Source: Macrostomum lignano
Lineage: Eukaryota
Reading direction: 5' to 3'
Length of the DNA stretch: 64,000 bases
NCBI GenBank assembly: GCA_002269645.1
Contig: NIVC01001363.1
Span: forward strand, 186,001 to 250,000
The notes beneath the pieces are model-generated. The model did not search any database. It saw nothing but the letters and a program-made list of their open reading frames with translations, and was not told where the DNA came from. The position numbers and the translations under genes are program-made. Every line of letters starts with the position of its first letter. Positions within the stretch are counted from its first letter, which is position 1. Shown here piece by piece: positions 12,972 through 24,843 of the stretch.

Positions 12972-13685
12972 TTTGGCATTCTTCTCAAATAGTTTATTAA
13001 ACTATTTTTACGTTTTTCACATTTTCTCTACTTTTTTAGAAGCTGATTTTAGCATGTTTGGACATCTCCTAAGCTATTAAAACAGTAAAATTAACAACTT
13101 TTTAAAGTAATTTTTCTGTCTTTAGACTAGAGCAGGGCAAAAAAGAAATGAAGGGCCTAGGCTATAAGTTAAACTTGTATTTATACTAAAAAAGCAAATA
13201 GGTCAGCTTATATATCTATGGTAAATTAATGGCTAGGATTGTCTGTGGGGAAGAGCATGGTAGACAAAGGGAGTTGGCTAAATTGCAAAACATAAAGTAC
13301 AAATCCAACATGTATTGTCTAACATGATACTAATGCTTGTTGGGAAGTGTCTATGGTCTAAAGGGATGAGTTGGTTAGAGGGGGGGAGTCTAAACACTTA
13401 GACTTATGTTCTTACTGCTAATTAGTTTTTGCTAAGACCATTAACCAACTATTAAATCTATAATACCATGCCAGGAGGCTGCCTTCAAATTGTTAGGAAT
13501 CGTTAAGAATTGGTAAAGGCAAAAAAAGTGCTTAAAAACAAAGTTGTTGATTTTACTATTTTAATAGCTTGGGAGATGTTCAAACATGCTAAAATCAGCT
13601 TCCAAAGTAGAGAATATTAAGTAGAGAAAGTAGAGAATAGTAGAGAAATATTAACAAATGATTTGAGAAAAATGCCAAACTTTTT
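12972..13685. mobile_element. MITE-like relic with ~130-bp inverted termini, nested in other decayed inverted-repeat pairs (about 12037/13780 and 11941/14072)
   Basis: gaagctgattttagcatgtttg...aagctattaaaa..gtaaaat.aacaacttt at 13039-13102 is matched in reverse complement at 13541-13602. Confidence 0.55.
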
Positions 13686-15134
13686 TAATCTTAAGATCTT
13701 AGGATCCAGGCCCAATTCATCAGGATCCTAGGATTGGCAAAGTCTAGGATATCCCAATCCTAAGAGTCCCAGGATTGGTGAAACTTTGGATTTTGTATTT
13801 CCTATTGGAAATCTTCAAGAAATTGGATAGAAATGCTAAGCGAAATTTCTGGGAAGAATAGAACTTTTATCAATGAGCATTTTAGGAAAAATTTAAGTAA
13901 TTAGCTTTAAATTTAGTTAGATTAGGCCCCTCTGATCAAATCAACTATAGATATATAAGATTTATTACCAAATTTGTCTAGATTAGGCCTATTACCAAAT
14001 TTGCTTTTGCCAAATTTATCTATATTAAATTTCTGTCAACAAATTAGTTTGTCCTCAATTTGGTTAGCATTCAATAATTTACACATTGTAAAAGTTTCAA
14101 TAACCAAAAACCATGACAAATATAGTATTAAGACAGACAAACATTGCGTCAGTTTTAGTATTAGGAGATACCTTTTTTCAGTTTTTGCCAACCAAGTCCA
14201 AGGCATCAAATCTATAAAGTTTGTGAACAATCTGTAATAAAAAACAGAAAATACAATATTTAGGCATTTTGGAAAATAGTCCTTAATTTTTACAAAGAAA
14301 TCCACAATGTAGAAAAATCCTTGGTGGTAATCTTTTGGTTTGCCACAAAAAAATATTTTAATGTGTGTTATATCATATCATATATCATATTATAGCATAG
14401 GCCTAGGCCTAAAAATAATTGAAAGCAGGAAACCAAAAGATTGCCAAATCTTCAACCCAAATCTATAGGTAGGGGGCCCTATATGGGAATACAATCCATT
14501 TCGGTAACGGCCACTTCGGTAACAAATCAGATTTACGACTGTCAACACTTTATTTTTATGATAATTAAGTTTAGCAATAAGTAGTTTTAATAACTAACAT
14601 CTCAAATATCTTATTGCACATATCGTTAAACTTTTTAGGTAAACTGTATTATACTTTGTTTAAACTTGTGCGGTAACTTTGGAAACATTTAAAGGCAAAG
14701 AATATGAGGGCCTAACTGTTCGCAAATTAATTGGGTGCTGGTCATTTCGTCAACTGCTAGTTCGTCAACTGGGTTGACGAATTGACTAACATTTTAAGGT
14801 GGTCTCACTTGCAGTTGACGAAATGACCAAGGTTTTAGATTGGTTCATTAGTCAGTTGACGAAAGGACCTGAGAATGTTAGTTACTTCGTCTACAGTTTG
14901 CAAATGTCATAACATGTACATCAACTAACGCATGTCATATCCGCTTATCACCTTTGTTATTATCGGGTATTATTCCAGAAACTCCCAGATTTTCCGGAAC
15001 GTTCTCTATTAATTTGTATACATATGCAGCAAGCATGCCGCTACAAAGGCAAGATCGATCTTTCACGCTTTCCACCTTCTTCTTCGACTACTTCTGAATT
15101 CACCACAAAAAGAACCACCGATGAACCAACTGAC

Positions 15135-15340
15135 TTCTCTCAATCCATCTTCGCACCCACCCCCAAAATGACAACGTGCCCTATCTCTGTAACTTGAACC
15201 AGGGCCCCTTGCGCTGACACCTGTTCTCTCAATCCATCTTCGCACCCACCCCCCAAACTGACAACGTGCCCTGTCTCTGTAACTTGAACCAGCGCCCCTT
15301 GCGTTGACACCTGTTCTCTCAATCCATCCTCGCACCCACC
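15135..15340. repeat. ~90-bp tandem repeat (about 2.3 copies) inside the MULE
   Basis: ttctctcaatccatc.tcgcacccacc occurs at 15135, 15224 and 15314. Confidence 0.8.
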
Positions 15341-15616
15341 CCCCCCCCCAAGCTGTCAATGTGCGCCCTAGCTCGTGCGCCCTATCTTGGTCTTGGTTTC
15401 AATCAAAACGTGGGTGGTGTCGGAGGGGAGGGGTAGGCAGGTAGGCAGTTCTTGTGAGGTGCGAATTGGCACCAGGTCTTATCCCCAACTATCATGTCTC
15501 AACAACCCCACCAGCCAAACCAATCCAAAATACTTTAAACCTGACACTGCAACCTCCTCAAACACTATATAATGGAGTAGGGTTTCAGGAGAGCCACTCA
15601 ATTTTTACATCTTTGG

Positions 15617-16428
15617 ATGGAGACTGATAAGTGTATTCAGTGCTCAGAGACTGTGCGGCCACGTCAACAGGCCATACAGTGCGATTCATGCCAAAAGTGG
15701 CAACATCGAACTTGTGGGACTAGAATCTCACAAGCAGAGTACAGGCAGCTTATGCGGCAGGACGTGTTTGCATGGTCGTGTGCCACTTGTCAGGCAAGAC
15801 CAGCGGCGGAGCCTGCGGCGGAGCCTGCGGCGGAGCCTGCGGTGGAGCCTGCGGCGGAGGCAGAAGACGCAGCAGGTCTACTGGCCGAAATGTATGCTGC
15901 CGAAGCAGGTGAGAAATTCTATATTTAATAACATATGCTATAACATATCTTTTCTAATAAGACAGGCTAATTACAATAAAATAATTGACAACAATTTTAA
16001 ATAAATATTATTGACATTATGGTTAGTACCCATAAGTAGTCATAGAAGTCAGTGTGTACTGCCAGTCAATACGTACCAACAACGAGGTCGAGGGCTGGCA
16101 CCGGAGACTCAAGCAGCGGGCCGAGAGAGTGCAGTTGACACTCTACCCACTCCTGCTTGTGCCAGTGCATGCCGCGCTGGTGAACCAGGGTGCTCAGGAG
16201 CGCCAGCACAGAGCACGGTACGAGCGTCTGCAGACGAGTGTGGAGCGGTACTGGGCGCAGTACCGCACTGGTGAGTTGTCAATCCGTGCATTCCTGCTCC
16301 GGTGCTCGCGCCTCGGCCACGTTCCCCAGTTTGCGTACAGACAGCGGCAACAGGAGCAGCAGCAGCTGCGCCCTGCCTTCTTCTGCTGCCCCCGTGTCCT
16401 TCAACGCCGCCGCCGCCGTCTGCCGTAG
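15617..16428 (+). CDS. Spliced PHD finger + MULE transposase C-terminal fragment (no DDE core), about 224 aa
   Basis: Exon 15617..15908 (CIQC...IQCDSCQKWQHRTC...WSCATC, a C4HC3 PHD) ends in cag|gtgaga. The phase-compatible acceptor catag|aa at 16046 continues EVSVYCQSIRTNNEVEGWHRRLK. Confidence 0.65.
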
Positions 16429-17014
16429 AGTCCTCAGTGACCCGCCGGCGGCCCATGTGCGCATTCGGGAGGCTTACCGCCTCGTCTCTCCAGCCCGCGA
16501 TCGGGAGGCTATCGCCTCGCGCGCTGATCAAAGACTGCTCGCCCAGCTCCGCACCGGCCACTCCACGGCGCTCAGGGCCTATCATGCTGTCCTGAACCCG
16601 GCCGTGCCCGCCACTTGTGCCCGGTGCGCCGAAGCGGACGACACCATCGACCACTGGCTCTGCGACTGCCCGGCCCTTTACACCAGGCGGACGCAGATTT
16701 TTGGTACTCCTCGGCCCCCGCTGTCGGTCCTGGGTTCGGATCCGGCCGGCGTGGTTGCACTGGCTCGCGCGACCCTGTGCCACGCGAGGTGCTAGCCTGC
16801 AGCAAAAGCAGCAGCAGCAGCACCAGCCACTCGATGGTGGCAGGCTCACCGACATGCCCTCTGCACACTCACGCGGCGACGCGGTGGTGCAAGGCCCCTG
16901 TCCTATGGTGAGCGGGGCATTGACGGCTGGCTGTGCCATGTTGCAGTCAGGCCGTTCCCGTTGGCCCGTTGACCAGGTGACCCAGCGGGGCCGGCATCAA
17001 CAACAACAACAACA
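16367..17014 (+). mobile_element. 5'-truncated non-LTR retrotransposon (I-group-like 3' end) inserted in the MULE
   Basis: ORF2 C-terminus LLAQLRTGHS...CARC...DTIDHWLCDCPAL...R (CCHC) stops at 16795. It has a (CAA)6 tail at 16998-17015 and flanking agcagcagcagc duplications (16355-16366 and from 17015). Confidence 0.75.
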
Positions 17015-18109
17015 AGCAGCAGCAGCAGCAGCAGCAGGACTAGTACCTAAAGTGTATATAGGTATTAGTGTATACAGTGTAGAAGTGGATAAGTGTACTG
17101 TACACTCTGCGCATATCTTCAGCTTTATATTTGATTGTGACCTTTGTGGTGGCCTTTGTGATCTTTGTGATTTTGTGCAATGCATTTTCCTTTTTTTACC
17201 ATACAAACTGCATCTTTGTGGCAGTAACTCCGCCATTGTCTGGTCCCAAGCCCAGAATGAGAAAGGAGGAGGGCTGCATGCGGGGCGTGTATTATTGGCA
17301 GTTGACGAAGTGACCAAAAGTTGACATCGTCCCATTGAACAGTTGACGAAATAACCAAGCTTTGAAAGTATCCTATTGGTTGGTTGACGAAACGACCAAT
17401 ATGGGGAACGGGTTGACGATGTGTCCAGTTGACGAAATGGCAGTTGACGAAATGACTAGGATCCAATTAATTTATATGAATTATTATAGGGCCTAGTTTA
17501 TGCCTATAATAATTTCATCTTCCTATATACTAAAAATGAGTTGTCTGTGGGTATGCGATAGATTTCAGAAAAATTGGCTCAACCGATTTTCTTCAAACTT
17601 GCACCATTCGATCAGAAATTTTGCTGGGACGGTACATGCATCTTGGCTAAGAAATTGCTCAATTCTAAAGGGATTAAATATTCGAAAAACATGCTTTTTT
17701 GCAAAGGTCAAGCAAAATTTTCGACTTGAAATGCATTGTAAGAATGCTAGAGAAAAACCTGACTGACTGAATTTCAATTCTGATAAAGATTGCATCACAA
17801 CAAGTTGAAAACAGTGCCGAAGAAATGCACACACGACTTGATTTAAATTGCATAACCAATATTGCTAACTTAAATTGAGACTGATACTGGCTGACTGAGA
17901 AATTGATTATGTCATAACTTTTTACTCCAATTGACTTGCTGTAAGAATTGAATTATAAGGGCCACAATTCATGTACTCCAATTGAAAAGAGATAGCCTAG
18001 ATACGAACAGGCCGGACTGCCAACGTAGCGACCTGGGTTCGCATCTTAGTAGTGCAAAATAATTTTTTTATTAAAACACCTTGAAAACACGAAACTGCTA
18101 AACATAAAA

Positions 18110-19960
18110 AAGCACAATGTCAAACATAAAAGAGGCACCATGTCAAACATTACATGGTCACCATGTAAAACATATACGTGACTCTATGTCAAACATAAAA
18201 GAGCCACCATGAAGAACATTAAAGAGCCACCATGCCAAACATAAAAGAGCCACCATGTAAAATATTAAAGAGCCACCATGGCAAACATAAAAGAGCCACT
18301 ATGTCGAACATTAAAGAGCTAGCATGTCTAATATTAAAGAGCCACTATGTCGAACATTAAAAAGCCACCGTGTCAAACACTAAAGAGCCACTATTTCGAA
18401 CATTAAAGAGCCACCATGTCAAACATAAAAGAGCCACCATGTCGAATATTAAAGAGCCACCATTTCGAACATTAAAGAGCCACCATTTCGAACATTAAAG
18501 AGCCACCATGTCAAACATAAGAGAGCCACCATGTCAAGCATAAAATATACACAATTTCAAACGTAAAAGTATTGCCAGCCAATGCCAATTTTAAGTCATG
18601 CCAATTTTAAAGGAGCCACTATAAAGCTAAGGAAATTTTCGCACTAGCTACTTATTGTCTGGTGGATGCTTGCTATTTGGGGATACTTGCTATCTGGGGG
18701 TGCTTGCTATCTGGGGGATGCTTGCTATCTGAGGGTGCTTGCTATCTGGGGGATGCTTGCTATCGGGGGGGTGCTTGCTATCTGGGGGATGCTTGCTATC
18801 TGGGGGATGCTTGCTATCTGGGGGATGCTTGCTATCTGGGGGGTGCTTGTTATCTGGGGGATGCTTGCTATCTGGGGGGGTACTTGCTATCTGGGGGATG
18901 TTTTCTCTCTGGGTGATGCTTGCTGTCTTGGGATGATTTCTTTTTGGATTGCACTTTATTTGAGCAGTTTCCCAGTTTTCTTTGTATAGGTTTTTTTTGT
19001 ATGTCGAATATTAAACAGCCACCATGTCAAACATAAAAGAGCCACCATGTCAAACATATACGTGACTCCATCTCAAACAATAAAGAGCCACTATGTCAAA
19101 CATAAAAGAGCCACCATGTCAAACATATACGTGACTCCATCTCAAACAATAAAGAGCCACTATGTCAAACATAAAAGAGCTACCATGTCAGACATAAAAG
19201 AGCTACCATGTCAAATATACAAAAGCCATCATGTCAAACATAAAACAGCCACATATACGTGACTTAATGTCAAACCTTAAGGAGCCTCCATGTCGAACAT
19301 TAAAGAGCCACCATGTAAAATATAAAAGAGCTACCATGTAAAATATAAAAGAGCCACCATATCAAACATAAAAGAGCCACCATTTTAAACATATACGTGA
19401 CTCCATGTCAAACATTAAAGCGCCATCATGTCAAACATATATGTGACTGCATGTCAAACATAGAAGAGCCACCATGTCAAACATAAAAGAGCCACCATGG
19501 CAAACATTAAAGAGCCACCATGTCAAACATAGAAGAGACACCATGTCAAACATAAACAGCCACCATGTAAAATTTAAGAGCTACCATGTAAAATATAAAA
19601 GAGCCATCATGTCAAACATTTACGTGACTCAGTGTCAAACATTAAAGAGCCACCATGTCGAACATTAAAGAGCCACCATGTTAAACATAAAAGAGCCACC
19701 ATGCCAAACATAAAAGAGCCACCATGCCAAACATTAAAGAGCCACCATGTCGAACATTAAAGAGCCACCATGTCAAACAACTAAGCCACCATGTCAAACA
19801 ATGAAGAGACACCATGTCAAACATAGAAGAGCCACCATGTCAAACATAACAGAGACAACATTTCAAACGTAAAAGGGCCGCCATGGTAAACATAGAAGCG
19901 CCACTATGTCAACATTAAAGAGCCACCTTTTTAAACATAAAAGAGACACCATTTCAAACA
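18110..19960. repeat. Satellite A (20-21 bp, aaagagccaccatgtcaaacat) in two blocks (about 18110-18545 and 19010-19960), flanking a block of satellite B
   Basis: Direct tandem units are visible in the sequence. Confidence 0.9.
18662..18900. repeat. Satellite B (18 bp, ggatgcttgctatctggg); further blocks at about 20035-20490 and a variant at 22340-22590
   Basis: Direct tandem units; source of the GDACYL/MLAIWG/GCLLSG pseudo-ORFs. Confidence 0.9.
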
Positions 19961-21169
19961 TAAAAGAAGTGTCATGCCAAACAAAATGGAGCCACTATAA
20001 AGCTAAGGAAATTGTTGCACTAGCTACTTTCTCTGGTGGATGCTTGCTATTTAAGGATGGAAACTTGCTATCAAGGGGATGCTTGCTATCGGAAGGATGC
20101 TTGCTACTGGGGTAACTTGCTATTGGGAGATGCTTGCTCTTGGGGGGTGGAGGGTACTTGCTTTCTAAGAGGGGGTTGCTAGATATCTATAAGGTCTCTT
20201 TGTATCCAGGTTAATGCTTGCTTTCTGGGGTTGCTTGCGGTCTGGGGGATTGCTTGCTATCTGGGGGATGCTTGCTATCAGGGGTTGCTTGCAGTCTGGG
20301 GGATGCTTACTATCTGGGGTCTGGGGGATGCTTGCTATCTGGGGGATGCTTGCTATCTGGGGTTGCTTGCTATCGGGGGGATGCTTGCTATCTGGGGGAT
20401 GCTTGCTATCTGGGGGATGCTTGCAGTTTGGAGGATTTCGCTATTTGGGGATCGATGCTTGAATGCTGTCTGAGGATGCTTGCTGTCTTGGGATGTTTTG
20501 TTTTTAGAGGGAATGTCTGTTGTTTTTTATGAAGGCTTTATTTCGCTGTCTATTTGTTATTTGTAAAGAACAAGGATTCTATCCAGATGTCCCCCATCGG
20601 GGGGCGAAGATTGCTAGTCCATATACTAAAAATGGTCTGTCGGTATGTGTGTGTGTGTATGTGTGTGTGTGTGATCGATTTTAGCAAAAACGGCTCAACC
20701 GATTTTCTTCGAACTTGCACTGTTCGATCAGAAATTTTCCCGTGACAGTACATGCATCGTGGCTAAGAAATTGCTCGATGCTAAAGGGATTAAATATTCG
20801 AAAAACATGCTTTTTTGCAAAGGTCAAGCAGCTATTTCGACTTGAAACGCACTGTAAAAATGCTAGAGAAAAAACTGACTGGTTGAATTCTGATTCTGAA
20901 ATAGATTGCATCACAATACACTTTATTTATCGTCTGTGTACTGGCTGAATTTGACACTCAATTGAATTGCGTCACAGCTTTGAGTGTGAAAGTATAGTGC
21001 AGTACTGAATTTATATTACGTAACCATATTGTTAGCTTTCATAGACACTGGTACTGACTTGCCTAAGAAATTGATTATGTCATAACTGCTTCGCGTGACT
21101 TTTTACTCTACCTGACTTGGTGTGAGTGTTGAATTATATAAGTGGTACAAATTCACTGATAACTTCGAT

Positions 21170-21251
21170 GAGAGCTAGCCTAGAGCTGAACAGACCAGAC
21201 TGCTAATGCAGCGACCTGGGTTCGAATCTAAGTAGTAGTGTAAAATTTTTT
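21170..21251 (+). ncRNA. tRNA-like Pol III cassette (box A / box B / T-run); copies at about 17991, 22627, 25338 and 28203
   Basis: tagcctagagctg (box A-like), gactgctaat (anticodon-arm-like), GGTTCGAATC (box B, 21219-21228) and TTTTTT (21246-21251). It does not form a full cloverleaf. Confidence 0.4.
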
Positions 21252-21289
21252 ATTAAAAGCTTTTATTAAAGGACTAAATAAAAACACTT

Positions 21290-22310
21290 AGATTACTGCA
21301 CTCGATAAGCTAAGGATTATTGCTCTTGGCAAACCAAGGAATACTGCACTCGATAAGCCAAGGATTATTGCTATTAATAAACCAAGGATTACTGCACTCA
21401 ATAAACCAAGGACTATTGCTCTTGGCAAACCAAGGATTACTGCACTCGATAAGCCATGGATTATTGCTATTAATAAACCAAGGATTACTGCACTCGATAA
21501 GCCAAGGATTATTGCTATTAATAAACCAAGGATTACTGCACTCGATAAGCCAAGGATTATTGTAAACCAAGGATTACTGCACTCGATAAACCAAGGATTA
21601 TTGCTATTAATAAACCAAGGATTATGCACTTGGCAAACTAAGGATTACTGCACTCGATAAGCCAAGGATTATTGCTATTAATAAACCAAGGATTACTGCA
21701 CTCAATAAACCAAGGACTATTGCTCTTGGCAAACCAAAAATTACTGCACTTGATTAATCAAGGATTATTGCTATTAATAAACCAAGGATTACTGCCCTCG
21801 ATAAGCCAAGGATTATTGCTATTAATAAACCAAGGATTACTGCACTCGATAAGCCAAGGATTATTGCTATTAATAAACCAAGGATTACTGCACTCGATAA
21901 GGCATGGATTATTGCTATTAATAAACCAAGGATTACTGCACTCGATAAGCCAAGGATTATTGCTATTAATAAACCAAGGATTACTGCACTCGATAAGCCA
22001 AGGATTATTGCTATTAATAAACCAAGGATTACTGCACTTGGCAAACCAAGGATTACTGCACTCGATAAGCCAAGGATTATTGCTATTAATAAACCATGAA
22101 TTACTGCACTCAATAAACCAAGGACTATTGCTCTTGGCAAACCAAGGATTACTGCACTTGATTTATCAAGGATTATTGCTATTAATAAACCAAGGATTAC
22201 TTACTGCACTTGGCAAACCAAGAATTACTGCACTCGATAAGCCATGGATTATTGCTATTAATAAACCAAGGATTACTGCACTCGATAGCCAAGGATTACT
22301 GCGCTTGATA
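21290..22310. repeat. Satellite C (24-bp units aaccaaggatta+ctgcactcgat/ttgctattaat, mostly alternating as a 48-bp dimer)
   Basis: Direct tandem units. Confidence 0.9.
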
Positions 22311-22744
22311 AGCTTGGCTACATGTATAGGATTATTTCTATCCAGGGATGCTTGCTATTTAGGGATTCTTGCTATGTGCAGGATGCTTGCTATCTGGAAG
22401 GATGCTTCTACATTATTTGGGGTATGCTTGCTATCTGCAAGATGCTTGCTATCTGCAAGATGCTTGCTATCTGCAAGATGCTTGCTATCTGCAAGATGCT
22501 TGCTATCTGCAAGATGCTTGCTATCTGGGTGGATGCTTGCTAGGAGTATTAGGGGATGCTTGCTACTGGGGGGATGCTTGCTGTCTTGGGAATATTTTCT
22601 ATTTAGGGGTAATGACTAAAATTCATGAGAGCTAGCCTAGAGGTAAACAGACTAAACTGCTAAATGCAGGGACGATGGTTCGATTTTTTAGAGAGTAGAG
22701 TTTTTTTAATTAAAGCTTTTTAACGCCAAGACAAAAACATTATG

Positions 22745-23500
22745 GAAGCGTCATGTAAACAATCATACAAGCGTCATGTAAACAATCATAGAAGCATCAT
22801 GTAAACAATCATAGAAGCGTCATGTAAAAATCATAGAAGCGTCATGTAAAAATCATAGAAGCGTAATGTAAACAATCATAGAAGCGTCATGTTAAAATCA
22901 TAGAAGCGTCATGTAAACAATCATAGAAGCGTCATGTAAAAAATCATAGAAGCGTCATGTTAAAATCATAAAAGCGTCATAAAAAAATCATAGAAGCGTC
23001 ATGCAAGCAATCATAGAAGCGTAATGTAAACAATCATAGAAGCGTCATGTTAAAATCATACAAGCGTCATGTAAACAATCATACAAGCGTCATGTAAAAA
23101 ATCATAGAAGCGTCATGTAAAAAAATCATAGAAGCGTCATGTTAAAATCATAAAAGCGTCATAAAAAATCATAGAAGCGTCATGTAAACAATCATAGAAG
23201 CGTCATGTAAAAATCATAGAAGCGTCATGTAAAAAATCATAGAAGCGTCATGTAAACAATCATAGAAGCGTAATGTAAACAATCATAGAAGCGTCATGTA
23301 AAAAATCATAGAAGCGTCATGTAAAAATCATAGAAGCGTCATGTAAAAATCATAGAAGCGTCATGTAAAAAATCATAGAAGCGTCATGTAAACAATCATA
23401 CAAGCGTCATGTAAACAATCATAGAAGCGTCATGTAAACAATCATAAAAGCGTCATGTAAACAAGCATAGAAGCGTCATGTTAACATAGAAGCGTCATGA
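22745..23500. repeat. Satellite D (~24-25 bp, aatcatagaagcgtcatgtaaa); also at about 25470-26365 and 28335-28569
   Basis: Direct tandem units with variable A-runs. Confidence 0.92.
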
Positions 23501-24843
23501 AAAAATTATAGAAGCCTCATATAAAAACTAACGGAAGTGTCATTTAAAAAATGAAGAAGCATCATGGAAGAATAAAAGAAGCGTAACGTAAAAATCAAAA
23601 GAAGCGTCATGTCAGACATGAAAGAAGTGTCATGTAAAAATTAAATGAAGCTATTGTGCTGTGCTGGGGAGAATCACTGAGACGTCAAGGCTCACAGAGA
23701 ATAACTGAGATTACAGGGGGTTTCTGAGATGTTAAAGCAAAAGTCAGAAGCTACTTCAAAGTACATGTACTTTACTTAAGTTTTTTTATTGCATTCTTTG
23801 TTGGCTTGCCACGGTGGGGGGGGGGCGCTGATAGAAGAAGAGTCATGTAAAAATAAAAGGAGCACTATGTATACATAAAATAAAAGTCATGTCAAAGTTA
23901 AAAGATTCATTTGGGAATTGCTACGATGTCAAAGCTTGGAGGGAATCGTTATAGTGCTGTGATTCTTAAAGAAGGAATCACTTAAATGCCAAGGCTTAGG
24001 GAAGAAGAATTGCTGTGATTTCAAGGCTTTAGGTTGGGTGAAAGTTAGGTTTACGTCAGGTTTGGGTTGAGGGTTAGATTTTAGCGCGTTTCAAGGTTAA
24101 CAGGGGATTTTTTAGATTTCAAGGTTTATGGGGGGCATCGCTGACATGTCAAGGCTTACGAGGGGAATCTATCTATCTATCTATCTATAGCTGAGATGTC
24201 AAGGCTCACGGGGGAATAAATGAGATGTCAAGGCTAATGTCAGAAGCTACATGTAGTTTATTGGAAAAAAGTTATTACATTATTTGTTGGCTCCTCATGG
24301 GAGGGATCGCTGATAGAAAAAGCGTAATGTAAAAAAAAGAAGCTTCATGTCAAAGTTAAGAGATTAATTTGGGAATCCCTACGATGTCGAGGCTTGCAGG
24401 GAATCGCTATAATGCTGTAGTAGTGCTATAGACTCTTAGAGAGAATTACTGAAATTTCAATGCTTTAGGGTTAGGGTTAGGGTTAGGGTTAGAAAGTAGA
24501 CAGATTTTTTAAGATTTCAAGGCTTATGGGAGCATTGCTGAGATGTCAAGGGGGGAGTTGATATGTTAAGGCTTGTGGGGGGGATTGCTGACATGTCAAG
24601 GCTTACAAGGGTACTGGTAGCGTACTGAAGCATACTGGTAGAAGTAGCTCTGAAAGAAGGCAAGTATGGTTGAATTTCAATGTCTGTTATAAAATTCTGC
24701 ACAAACATGTTTTATTGGTACATAAGCCTGGAATTAAAATGAGAATTCGATTCCTAGCCCCCCTCCCTAAGAATTTTTTTTTCATTTTAAAGGATTCGTC
24801 CCTTGCTTATTGGCCACCCCGAAGGGGGGCGCTAGATTGCTAG

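Larger units (their letters stand above)
14733..17464 (+). mobile_element. Non-autonomous MULE/Mutator-like DNA transposon (2.7 kb)
   Basis: TIRs GGGTGCTGGTCATTTCGTCAACTGC and (reverse complement) GGATCCTAGTCATTTCGTCAACTGC match at 22/25. There is an 8-bp TSD AATTAATT (14725-14732, 17465-17472), subterminal gttgacgaaa repeats, and the internal MULE motif RTNNEVEGWHRRL. Confidence 0.85.
17518..20617 (+). mobile_element. Non-autonomous Helitron-like unit 1
   Basis: 5' end A|TCTTCCTATATACTAAAAATG...ggctcaaccgatttt; 3' hairpin cccccatcgggggg then CTAG (20614-20617). It carries 20-21-bp and 18-bp satellites. Confidence 0.7.
20618..24843 (+). mobile_element. Non-autonomous Helitron-like unit 2
   Basis: Starts TCCATATACTAAAAATG directly after unit 1's CTAG. 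Ends with the hairpin ccccgaagggg and CTAG (24840-24843). Confidence 0.7.

Noticed and set aside
21170-21240. Functional tRNA gene
   Set aside because: The acceptor and anticodon stems do not pair and the apparent anticodon differs between copies.
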